Assembly (NCBI GenBank): GCA_937625935.1
Contig: OW569349.1
Location: 186,001 to 250,000 of the forward strand
Origin: Tetramitus jugosus
Taxonomy: Eukaryota; Protista; Heterolobosea
DNA length: 64,000 nucleotides
Reading direction: 5' to 3'
In this document: in pieces, positions 52,723 through 64,000 of the stretch
Numbering within the stretch: the first letter of the stretch is position 1
How the letters are laid out: the number at the start of each line of letters is the position of its first letter
Notes under the pieces: generated by a model
Databases searched by the model: none
What the model saw: only the letters and a program-made list of their open reading frames with translations
Told to the model about the DNA's origin: nothing
Made by a program: the position numbers and the translations under genes

Positions 52723-55700
52723 ATGAGTGACTCTTCAAACAATCAAGGGTTGGTCTTACAGGACGAGAACACAAAACTCAAAAGAGAATTGTCATTTTTA
52801 AAAGTTCAGCTCCAACAGTTCCAACAACAACTGAACAGTAACAATAATAACAGTAATAGTCCTAGATTATCTTCGGCAACAACAACAACAACAACATCAA
52901 CATCATCAACATCATCAGCAACAACTACAACAAGAAGTCGAAGCTCAGCACTTCATCACTCACCACTTCCTCTTCACAACAGACAATCATTATCACAACA
53001 ACAACAATCATTATCTCAGCAACAACAAGCAAATCAAAATAATGACTCATCAGACGACGATGATGACATGATATTCGATGACGATGACGATGATGATGAT
53101 GATGCAGGTGGTGGTGGTGGTGGTGAAGACAACAACAACAACAATACTGATTCTTCCTATCAGAACGATGATGAAACCATTGCAACCAATCACAATGACG
53201 ATGATGGTCTATCGGACAATGATGATGAAAATTCCGAATTGGCCACTGTGATTGTCATGGGCAGAAGACGAAAGAGCGGTGGTGGTGTTGCACTGTCTCC
53301 TCCTCACTCTGGTTCACCCTTGTCGTCATCATCTGCGCCACCACCACAATTAACAAACAAGAGAACGAGAGGATCATCGTTGACATTGACTACAACCAGG
53401 CGAAGAAGGTCTAGTTCTCGATCCTCTAGTCTCACAAACGATATGAACAATAATAATAATAATAACAATAAGGCACAATCAGAGCGAACTCAGAGTGGAG
53501 ATTTGGACTCTGATCGATTTCAAGACATTTTCGATTGCATGGATCAAGTCACTACGGTTCAACAATTGTCGTCAGTCGATGGCTCCACTCCAGTCACATC
53601 GATTACAGAAGATCAGAGACGACTCAAGCTCGAAAATGTCATTCACAGTTTCAACAAGAGAAAATGGAATTATTTGAGAACACCGACGCATCCAGACGAC
53701 AACAATTATACGCCATTGCATGTTGCTTTCATTTGTGCCAACGAGAATATTGCCACGTTTTTGCTAACAAAGTGTATCGCACATGAAAAGTGGTACTTGT
53801 TGACTGGTCAGTGCACTGGTAACAATCATCGATTATTGATCAAGAAATCGCCCTTTGATATGGCGTTTGAGGCAGGGCACGTGGATTTTGTGCGCGACAT
53901 GATTACTTTTACGCGTCAACAATTGTTGATTTTGGAGAGAAGAAGAGCGTTGAGTGCCGGTGTAGGTAATAATAGTGGTGGAAATGGAAGTGGACGAGTA
54001 CCATTGCTCGGTTCAGGTTCATTGAGTGTCAATTTGAATGACTTGCAATCATCACCTGCCAATTCATCATTGTCACCCACGTCAGTCACTTCACCTCCAG
54101 TGTCCAAGACGGTCAATGCTTTTATTACGAGTAGGACAAGGTCTTCAATGAGATCCATGTCCAAGGACGATTTTGATGTTATGTCTGCTCGATCCGATCT
54201 CTCTTCCTCCTCGCATTCGCCAAACACGAGCCGAACTTCATCGAATCGTGCCTCCTCTCGCATGAGCAGCAGGAGTTATACTGTGATTGCAAACTCAACG
54301 AGCAAGACAATGACAAAGGATATGTTGAATGAGGGATCAGACACATCGACCGATACTGTGTTCGAGGAACTTGAGCAAGACCAGACGATTGCGGATGATG
54401 GTTCGGACTCTGAACTCGATGAGAACGAAATGAAGGACAACAGAGAGACCGCAAGTGATGTGACGAGCTCCGTAAGAGACATGCTCAGGTTTGATGAGAA
54501 CCAATACAATCTCGGAAGATACAGTGAGCTCATACAGTCGGACAAGATTCGAACTGATCCACTGTTCATGAACGCCATGTCTCCTCGACCCATGTCTGCA
54601 GATATATCAAACGGTCCATCTTCTGTGATTGAGAAATCATATTTGACGCGATGCAAAATCGTGAGAAGTGCAAACGTGTTCAAACCAGGTCAATACTTTA
54701 CTCAGTCATCACCAGTCGACGACTCTGACGATGATAAAATTCTGTACGCAGGATTGTTGGAGGATGATCCAGCTGATGTGCCTCATCATATCAAGCAGTG
54801 CATACAGTCCGTATCTGAGGAATTTGTCGTCCTGGAGTCTTCATCTGCCGAAAATGTAGAACTTGTTGATCGATCTTCTTCATTGCGCAAGAGATTGCCC
54901 GAGCTTGTTTATGAGATTGACTTAAAGGAGTGCGGTCTAAAGGAGAGAAGACTGATCACCCAAGCGATAAAGACCAAGAATCCATTTGCGTCACCGGATC
55001 AAGCTCCAGAGATTACGGTAAATCCTCTATCCTGTGACCGAACAATATCAGACAAGTATATCCAACAGGAATACAATGCCGAAGAACGGAAAGGATTTTT
55101 GATGGATGCAATGGATGAGTTGTATCCAGTTGATGAGGCGAAACGTGCACTAGGAATGGACTTTGATTCACCAGACTTGCTATTGAGCGATTTTGGGCTC
55201 AAGGATGAATATCTGTAAGTTTTTTGTGTTGTCTATTTTCTTTGTTTTTGATGATTCAACATCAACAAAACTAACTCGAGTACCACCATTTTCATTCATT
55301 ATTCTAGAACGACAACGACTGATGTACTCATTTGTCCAAAGAGTCTCAAGCTAAAGGTGTTCGAATATATTGGTGAACCGTTGGAAAATCTTCTGTGCAC
55401 CATAACGTTGTACGATACTTTTGATAATGTTGAATTTACGAGATTGACAGAGTCATTCACATTTCCTGCTACTGACCGTGACCTTGAGAAATACAAGGCA
55501 CTGTTCAACGTGGACGTCATTGGTGATAACTTGATTGCGATGGTCAAATTAGCAAGAAAGTTCCGCGGAGAGCACACAGATGCTCTCAATGATTTGTACA
55601 TTAAGGGTGATAAGGCGAAGGAGAAGGAAGTCACAACTGTCAAGTCAAAGTTCACAAAGCACTTTGATTATTCAGAGGATGTATATTCCTATTTTGCTTG

Positions 55701-58700
55701 GGGTGCATTCAATGTGAATGAAGCTAGAGCTGACAGCAATGAGCCAACATCTGTGTCAATGTTCATGCTTCCAAACAAGCCTGGCAACATGCATGACAAA
55801 TTTTTATTGCAAATGTACGCTAATCCTGAATTGAGAAAGCACAGACAGATACCGGGATCGCTCAATCTGGCCGTTCGGGAACTCAAGATTAGTCCCGTAC
55901 CTCGTCACATTGTGGCTGCTACTGGTCATTTAGTTCTCAATCTTGAGGGTGTTCACACACCATTATCTAGAATACGATCTCTCGAGTACATTGATTCACG
56001 AATGATGGAGATTGAGAATTCCCTAACAGTTCATCCAATCAATTTGAATATGGCCTCCCGAAAAGAGGCCAAGAATCTACTAATATCTGTATCAATGCGA
56101 GACAATGATGCGGATTTTGATAGTGAAGGATTACCAGCCTGTTATCCTATCATTAACAACAGCGAACCTCTGATGCGAGACAGTGGTCTTTCATTTGTAT
56201 CGCAATCAAATCCAACACCTGATTTTACTGAGGAAATTAAGTGCAAGATACCAAGCAAGGTTCAACCAAACCATCACTTGCTGTTCAAAATTTATTCAGT
56301 GTCTCATAAGGATTCAATCATGATGAAAAGTGGAGTTAAAACACTAGTAGCTTACGCTTATTGCTATCTGTTGAATGATGGAAGATTGTTCCATGGAACC
56401 AGTGAGATTCCAGTGTATGCTGTGAAGCCTGGAGTGAAGTTGACTCATTACTTTAAGCTGATAGATGGAAAGATTGAAGGTGCATCACTGAAGTATAAGA
56501 TTTTTGCTAATTCAATCAGTCATCCGAACGATTCTGAGAGAACATTACGTAGTTTCTTTACAATGATCAATCGGAGTCCGGATTATAGCACACTGACGGC
56601 AGAGCAGATGGAGAAGTCTCTCAGTTCGCTATCATCGATTCCTGCTCATTTAGGTGCGTTTGCACCTATGATGTTTACTGAGTTGTTTAGCATTATGGAG
56701 CAGAATGCGAGCGAAGAAGCATTTGAGATCAGATACTCGGCATTCAAGACATTAATGCGTATGATCAATACCTACAAAGCTCAAAATCCTGCCATTGTGT
56801 TGACCTATGTGAAATACATGTTCAAACACACAAATGTTTGTGAGGTTATGATAAAACCAATGCAGACTCTATTAGAGACAGAGTCTCAAGCGCAGTTGGT
56901 TGCTCTCATACCGCGTTGCATATGGTTCATGTTCTCTATATTGTTAAAGTCCATTGTACTTCATTTGGACCAAAAGAGAAACAAGGAAATGGAACATGAC
57001 TATAAATTCTCTGACTCATTCAAGGACGGTCTATCGAATTTGATATCTGTCTCGCTATTCAAGTATATCAAGAAAGCTAACGAGAAGGACGCCACAGTTT
57101 TAACTCATCTATCGGCAGGTATCGGATCATTCTTGATGCATCTTCTTTCTATACTTGACAAGGACTATGTGATGACAATTGCAGCCAAATATGTGCGTAA
57201 TCTCTCGCACTTGGCATCTAAGCAAGTCGATTCCGGTCAAATCAACGCTCTGGATATGCAACTGGTGTTTTTCAAGGAGTTCTTTGCCTACAAGGATTAC
57301 ATTCTCCTGTTCTTGCCACAAACAATTGAGGATTCTTTGCAGATTGTTGAAGATGAAGCTTTGCTAGAGGAGAATCTATCGATCAATATCTATAATCATT
57401 TTATCTACTCATCGTTCGTTGATACAGTATTGAGAAGCTTGTACAATCCTTCTCGAAATATTAGAATGAAAGCGATTACCTATCTGCGTGAGCTTGTCAT
57501 GACGACAAACAATGATGCTCGATATCAGAGTACTGAGTTCAAACAGAGAATCAACCAAGTGCACTTTGAATTTGTTATCAAGTTCTTAGATATTTTTGAG
57601 GAATGGATGAGAGTGTGCAGTGAGAAGAAGAAGAAGGCAAGTTCTGAGTTGGCTGCCCTGAGGAAAAAGAAAATCGCTGTAGAAAGCAGTCAACAGTCCA
57701 AGATGCTCTCCTTGGCGAACATCAAGCAACACAAGGTAAAATCTGAACTACAATCAAAGGTGGAAGCTGAATTGACTGAGTTGGGTGTGTTGCTGAAACA
57801 GATTGACTCATTAACTACTAAGCTTGAGGGAGAGATTCAAGCTGAAAAACCAAAGGTTGTTGAGGAAAAACGTCATCTCCTTCTAGTGGTGTTCCACATT
57901 ATCCAAAACATGAATTCAGAGGTATTGATGAAGTGGTTTGCCTATGAGGGTATCAATTCCTCACGTCAATTGGTATTCTTGTGCATATTACAGAATGTAG
58001 CCTCTGCATTCGAGTATTCTGGAAAAATGAGTTTGGATAGACCTTTTAGATTGATTGCCACAAGAAGACTCGAAACTCCACAAACACCAAACAAGAAGAA
58101 CCGAAACAAAAAGCCTGGTTGGGGTATTGAGGAGTGGAATGATCCACAAAAGTCTATTCTCTTGCTGAAACAACACAGACAGGAGATTCGTGCTCAGTTG
58201 GCAGACGTGAAACAAACAGATGAGAAAACCAAGAAAAATATGTTGAGTTACTTCAAGCAGCCAAGAAGCATGAGCATCTTCTCTCCAATATTTGGTACGA
58301 CGGCCGATCGGTCATCGGCGAAACAAGTCAAAAAACCTGATGAAGCTTCTCCAACAACGAGTAATCGATCTCTTCCAACGAGTCCAAAGGGTAACGACAC
58401 TGAAGCTTTCAAGGAGGCTTTCGTTGAGGTTAGAACACTCAGAGAGAAGCACATGTGTGCCACCTCGAGCTTCTATATTCTATCATCCATTGTCCAATTA
58501 TTGGAGCATTGCAAGTTGGCCACAAAGCGAGAATTCAATGTTGATGGACCTGGCTCCTTTGCTAATGAAAGACCTTTGCTGGAGCAGTTCGTCCGAACGA
58601 TGATCTATTTCCTTCACTTGAACCAGAGTGAAAAGTTTTTGATTGCTTTGCACTCCTATCTCAGGTGGTTCTTTGTGACCTATGGTGACATTTTATTCCA

Positions 58701-60864
58701 TGCTTCCTCGGACTTTGGAATTATGTTTTGTGAGTCGTTGATGGCTTTGTGCAACAGTACTGTTGAAGCAATCAGAGAGCAAGCCGCTGCTACGATGTAC
58801 GTCCTGATCCGAAGTTCCTTCATGGTGAACAAGGGATTAACCAAGCCCTATATTCTTTCGACTGTTGCATTGTCTCGAACATTGCAGAGAACAACACCAG
58901 AGGACGATCACTTGTTGAAATCATTGCAAGGACTCGGTCAGTTGGCAAAGGAAGATCCTGATAATCCACGAAATCATAAGGACACAATTGCCTCATCTGT
59001 GAGCCTCGTATCTGACAATAGATCTATCGCAGAGTTGCTGAGATCGTTGGAGGAGAAACTGAAACAAATTGATTCAGAGAGAATGGAGAGATTCACTTTC
59101 AATATCGAACAATTGTCGGAGCAGCTGCAAAAGTTGATGTATGATACCATTTCGGTGAATCAGACTCTATTGGGCAAGGATGTACAAAAGGCTGAAGATT
59201 TATTGTTCAGAATTTCTGCCTTCTATGAGCGCATACCTGAACTCAGATTCCTATGGCTCAAGAAACTTGCAAAGTTCCACAAGCACCAAGGTCATTATGA
59301 TGAAGCTGTTCAGTGTTACTACCGAATCGCTGCTGTGGTGTTCAATCAACTCAGAAATGCAAAGAGCCCAATCGTCGAAGGACTTCCGTTGGACAACTTT
59401 TACAATTTGACACCATATCTCAGAAGAATGAAGAATGCCAATGATCTCGTCCAGAGTCATCTCCCATACAGTAACGAATTCACAGAAAAGGGTGTCATTG
59501 CTATGATACGAAACATTATCGAAGCACAAACCTTGGCTGAGCAGTACGAACATGCCATTCCTCTGCTCAAGATTCTGATTCCATTGTTTGAAAAAACTGA
59601 GGATTATGTCAATCTATCTTCGACTCATGGCTCCATTAGGGACATGTTTGAACTGATTAACATATCAATCAAGGAGAACAATAGATTGTACAGCACCTAT
59701 TATCGAATCAGATTCTTTGGAGATGGTTGGGGACCAGAGCTTGAAGGCAAACATTTCATCTACAAGATGGAGAAGCTTTTCAAATTGTTCAAGATGAAGA
59801 CCAAGATGATGGAGCTATTTGGAAATGATGTTGAATTCATTACTAGTTTAAAGATTGATCCTTCGACGTTTGTTTCAGGAAAGAAGTACCTGCAGTACAC
59901 TAGTGTGAAACCACTGTTGGAGGATGACGACGATGAAGATGTCAATGACTACGACTCTATGGAATATGGATCCAGCACAAGCAGAAACAGCTCAAGTTCG
60001 GTCTCTGCTACCAGAAAACGAACCAAGTTTGAAAGCAATATCAACATTAGCAAATTCTACTATGAGACTGCATTCACCAGAAATGCAAAGAAATTGTCTG
60101 ATAAGGTCACTGCGATCTACAAGCGAAAGATTGTTCTCGTTGTGCAGAATTCGTTCCCTGATACGAAGACCCGTTTACCAGTCATTGATGATTATGAACG
60201 AATCCTCACACCTATTGAGTCAGCTGTTGAGAACATGCAGGCACAAATTCGTAAATTGGAAGAAGCAGTCGATGCTATTCCAACTGACTTGTCTCAGCTT
60301 CAACTTGTTCTCCAGGGTTCGGTCAGAGCCGGAGTCAATGGTGGTCCAAAGGACATTGTAGAGAGCTTCCTTCCAAGATCCGAACGATTCAAGTACCCTC
60401 GCGAACATGTGGCAAAACTGAATACCAAGTGTCAGTACTTCTTGTTCCTGTGTGAACAAGCATTGAAGCTTCATCAAAAGATGGCACGAAGCAATGAAAG
60501 AGCACTGCACATGGAACTCGAGAAGGGATTCACAGAAACAAAGACTCTGTTCCAGAAGCACATTGAAGACAGCACAAAGGGTCAAACACTCATTAGCGAC
60601 TACCTGCGCAAGGTACACAAAACAGCGGGCGCCAGTGACTTGCTCTTCTCAGAGAATGTCGAGGATATTGACCTGGGTGAAGACAGACAACAAACGGAAG
60701 ATGAACTCGACGAATTGTTGCCTGTTCCCTACAATAGAAACTACAAGCTTTCAGCCAAGCAGGCACACAAAGTTGTGTCTCTGTACGAATTTTTGGCCAA
60801 TGGTCTCACCAATGACAACGACAGCCCAAGTCCTAGTCCAAGAAGCACGAGTGCACCACAGTAA
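52723..60864 (+). CDS. DOCK-family (DOCK-C/D-like) GEF with N-terminal ankyrin-like repeats, about 2680 aa, 2 exons
   Basis: GTAAGT intron 55215-55307 (CTAAC branch) joins the 831-aa and 1835-aa ORFs in frame. DHR1/C2: PDFTEEIK..HHLLFKIYSVS. DHR2: PELRFLWL, YYRIRFFG, LQLVLQGSVRAGVNGGP. Confidence 0.9.
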
Positions 60865-61060
60865 AAACTAAACAGACACACATTTGCATGTTCAATCATT
60901 CCAATGCAACCAAACATTTTATGATTCGCTGTCTGTGCTCTGATCAAACAAACAAAAAAGCTTTCCAATCTGACGCCCAAAAAAAAACAAAACAAAACAA
61001 CAAAATCAACAAATTGTGTGGGTTGAAACGAACGAACGAACAACACAACGATAAAAAAAA

Positions 61061-63589
61061 ATGATTTCCTCACCCATCACAAGCAACAACACCACGACCA
61101 CACCAACAACAACATCAACAACAACAACCGTCACATCACCCTCCACGACTCTACTCGAACTATTGGACGAGTATGCCTCACAAGGAGTCACATGGGATCA
61201 ACTGCCATCCGACATTAGAGAATCCGTGTCGAACAATGCAGATCTCTATCATCAATCCGTCAAAAAATACCTCATTGAGCATCAGTTGCCCTATGAGAGA
61301 CAAGTCGCCTCACCCATCCATCAATTCATGACCAAGAAGGAATATTACTCAGAAATGGTTCAATACTTGAAAACAAATTTGTACTTGTTTCCCTACCAAT
61401 TCTCCAGTGTAGTTGTCAATGAGTTGGGCATCCTTCCATTTCACTACTACTCTGACATGTTGTTCACAATCATGAAGAATGAGAAATCGTATGATATATT
61501 GCCCAATTTTACAGCTGCTGATGTGAATCGATTGATGGGTATTGGTCGTAATCAGTACATTGATATCATGAATAAGGTCAGATCAAAAAAATGGACATGG
61601 AAGTTCAATAAGAGCATTGTCAAGGATCTGTTGCCATCGCACCCAATCAAGACGATGAATATTGATTATTGGTGGATTGTGGAGCCCTATCCGATTCCAC
61701 AACAAGAGTTTGTTCGAGTGTACAGTCAGTTGGAGAAGGAGGATGAGACAAAGACGTTGTGCTCTGCGATTGCTTCTGTTAGAAAGGAGGGCAGAATTTT
61801 GGCGTGTCGATTACCGAATCGAGCTCTGTTGAGTCTGTATCGTAGAGGCCTCGTTCATTTCCAAGTGCCTGTCAACAGTGATGACTATATTGTGGTGCCA
61901 CCGTTGAAGGGATTTATTATGAATCGAACTCCGAATGATCATTTTGAGAAGCTATTGTACGATATTCTCGTCATTTTGGATGAGAGAAGAACAGTCAAGG
62001 AGTTGGCTGATACTCTGGGCGCCGATGAGGATTTGGTGAAGACTGCGGTTTCTATTTGCTGTCGATTGGGATTCGCAAAGAAAAAGATTCCAAAGCCTCA
62101 GAACTTGGATGAGAGATCAGAGGATCAATTCCACAATAGTTGGCAAGACAAGATTGATGCCTATTATGAGGAGATGAAGAGCAGTGCAACCACTGGTGAC
62201 TCTAATTTCCTGAGCCCTGCAGAGACTGGAAAACAGAAACGTATTGGTTTCTTGTTTGACAGTTCACTCACTGCTTATTTGATGATGGGTAATCTGGCCG
62301 AGGGATTGAAGAATCATGCCGTCACTCTGTTCGAGGTTGGTAAGATGCCGGATGAGTCCATGAACGAATTTTTGTTTGAATTGGACCAGATCAAGAGTTC
62401 AGGAGAAGGTGAAGGAGAGGCACAGAGATACTATGAACATGCAATCGCATTGAGATCAACCATTAGATTTTTGAGACACAATTCTCAGTTTGGGCTCAAC
62501 TCTGCTGAAGAGTTCGATTGTGATGGTGGCCTCGATATGATCAGAGCTGAATCCTTGGACAACTTGGACAATGGAACAAAGATGAGAATCATTGAACAAA
62601 ATTATGCTGTTTTAATTGCTATGGCTCCGATTGCACCTGGTTCCTTGACTCTCACTTCATGTATCCCTCGCTATTATGGACCACCTATCCCACAAGTATC
62701 GACATTCTGGTTCAAGCTCTATACATATGTGTGTTGCCAGTATGGTCCACCCTCTATTTTGTTTAAAAAGGGCCAAAGGGTGAGAAGACTTCCAAAGCTT
62801 CTTCAATCTGACTGCAAAGTGACACTCGCAGGTTGGGAACAAGAGCCAAACCAAATCAATGGTCGCATCCTCTTACAAGTGCTTAATGAATCACTGATCA
62901 ACTCTCCTAACATCCTCCAGGTGTTTGGTGAATACGAGGAAAGTCAAATGTTTGAAGTACCTTTCCCATTCTCTCCAGATGTCTTCGATGTTGTAGAGAA
63001 GGAGACTAAAGAGGAACAAAACCAGAGTCCATTCTCGCTGGGAGATGACGAAGATATTGTTGATCTTGATGGAGAGGGAATATTGCAAAGTGACGCACAG
63101 GAACAAGAAGATCGTCCAGTCTCTCAGAGATTCATGGGAAGTACATTGACAGAGGAACCAGAGATTGATGTGTTTGAAACATTAACCAGCGACGAGAAAC
63201 AACAAATTGCAGAGATTATGGATCGTTTATCAAGCAAGTTGCACTTGAGTAGTTCGTTTGGTTGTGTAAAGATGCTCAGATCGAAGCCTCATGACGATCC
63301 AACCAAAACCATCATCTATCCAATGGATATTCACTTTGGAATTCCCCTATCTAACTCTAGAATCAACGACCAAGTTTGTAACATCATTGTCAAGAACGAC
63401 ATGCTAAGTGCCACCCGCATCCATGAGCACTCTGACAACATGCAAACAATGTGCTCCGAATTCTTGGAGTTTATTGCCCAACAACTCGGCTCCGAAGTCA
63501 GCGGCGTTGAACAAATGTCACATGCGATCTATCCAAACCAAAACGTGTATTTTGACGGACATGGGCTCAGTCCATATTCGAGTGTATAA
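61061..63589 (+). CDS. FAM91A1: FAM91A1
   Basis: LYLFPYQ, EKSYDILPNFTAAD..GIGRNQYID, VPPLKGFIMNR..FEKLLY, CRLGFA, FLFDSSLTAYLMMGNL..LKNHAVTLFEVGK, EGEAQRYYEHA. Confidence 0.95.
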   Translation: MISSPITSNNTTTTPTTTSTTTTVTSPSTTLLELLDEYASQGVTWDQLPSDIRESVSNNADLYHQSVKKYLIEHQLPYERQVASPIHQFMTKKEYYSEMVQYLKTNLYLFPYQFSSVVVNELGILPFHYYSDMLFTIMKNEKSYDILPNFTAADVNRLMGIGRNQYIDIMNKVRSKKWTWKFNKSIVKDLLPSHPIKTMNIDYWWIVEPYPIPQQEFVRVYSQLEKEDETKTLCSAIASVRKEGRILACRLPNRALLSLYRRGLVHFQVPVNSDDYIVVPPLKGFIMNRTPNDHFEKLLYDILVILDERRTVKELADTLGADEDLVKTAVSICCRLGFAKKKIPKPQNLDERSEDQFHNSWQDKIDAYYEEMKSSATTGDSNFLSPAETGKQKRIGFLFDSSLTAYLMMGNLAEGLKNHAVTLFEVGKMPDESMNEFLFELDQIKSSGEGEGEAQRYYEHAIALRSTIRFLRHNSQFGLNSAEEFDCDGGLDMIRAESLDNLDNGTKMRIIEQNYAVLIAMAPIAPGSLTLTSCIPRYYGPPIPQVSTFWFKLYTYVCCQYGPPSILFKKGQRVRRLPKLLQSDCKVTLAGWEQEPNQINGRILLQVLNESLINSPNILQVFGEYEESQMFEVPFPFSPDVFDVVEKETKEEQNQSPFSLGDDEDIVDLDGEGILQSDAQEQEDRPVSQRFMGSTLTEEPEIDVFETLTSDEKQQIAEIMDRLSSKLHLSSSFGCVKMLRSKPHDDPTKTIIYPMDIHFGIPLSNSRINDQVCNIIVKNDMLSATRIHEHSDNMQTMCSEFLEFIAQQLGSEVSGVEQMSHAIYPNQNVYFDGHGLSPYSSV

Positions 63590-63785
63590 TCAATCTATTT
63601 ATCCATCAGTTTAATCATTTTTATAAATGCTGTTCCAATGCACTCTAATTGCGAATTTTATGTATCCAAAGATTCCGAACGGTTAACTCGCTTCCTCAAT
63701 GGCCAATGAGTCGTGGGATTCATATTTTCAGGCTTCCTGCAAGATTGAAATTTGGTAAACAAAATTTATCATATATTACAATTCC

Positions 63786-64000
63786 TTACTTTGGTTGTGG
63801 GGATTGAGGTTGGGCAGGGGCTGCTATTTTGGCTGCAGCGGCCGCACCGAAGTCCATTTGTTTTCTTGCCAGGCGAGCATAGTAACCATCTGGGATCTGA
63901 ATTAGTTCTCTGTGAGTACCCTTCTCCTTCATTTCTCCCTTGTGCATAACCACAATCAGGTCAGAGTTAACAATTGTGGCCAATCTGTGAGCAATGACAA
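63786..64000 (-). CDS. C-terminal end of an ABCB-type ABC transporter (starts beyond the window)
   Basis: H-loop VIAHRLATI, then DLIVVMHKG..EKGTHRELI..GYYARL. Confidence 0.85.
   Translation of the reverse strand, partial: VIAHRLATIVNSDLIVVMHKGEMKEKGTHRELIQIPDGYYARLARKQMDFGAAAAAKIAAPAQPQSPQPK

Overview
Gene-dense, AT-rich eukaryotic (protist) nuclear DNA with short intergenic spacers and short GT-AG introns (62-125 bp, often with CTAAC-like branch points). It holds about 27 protein genes and one tRNA-Leu(CAA). Recognisable genes: USP39 (partial), WDPCP/Fritz, a SPAG6/PF16-like protein, DNA polymerase lambda, a MAP2K-like pseudokinase, APC6/CDC16, an F-box/SPRY protein, DPH1, ATG2, UQCC1/Cbp3, GRIPAP1-like, a RhoGAP, an actin-related protein, exportin-7, AIP1/WDR1, a divergent cyclin, a DOCK GEF, FAM91A1 and an ABCB fragment. 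A eukaryotic GspG pseudopilin points to a lineage with the mitochondrial T2SS-derived system; a heterolobosean-like amoeboflagellate is my inference, not a species call. Four items stand out: (1) an NRPS-like carboxylic acid reductase (A-T-R) fused to N-terminal SH3 and ZZ/C1-like zinc-finger modules; (2) the GspG pseudopilin, which has a PTS2-like N-terminal motif; (3) a ~110-bp poly(A)-tailed insertion with a 12-bp target-site duplication 40-50 bp upstream of the tRNA gene, resembling tRNA-targeted retroelements; (4) a membrane-anchored IQ-like/LRR/RGS/RhoGEF protein. All calls are by eye from motifs; no database searches were run.
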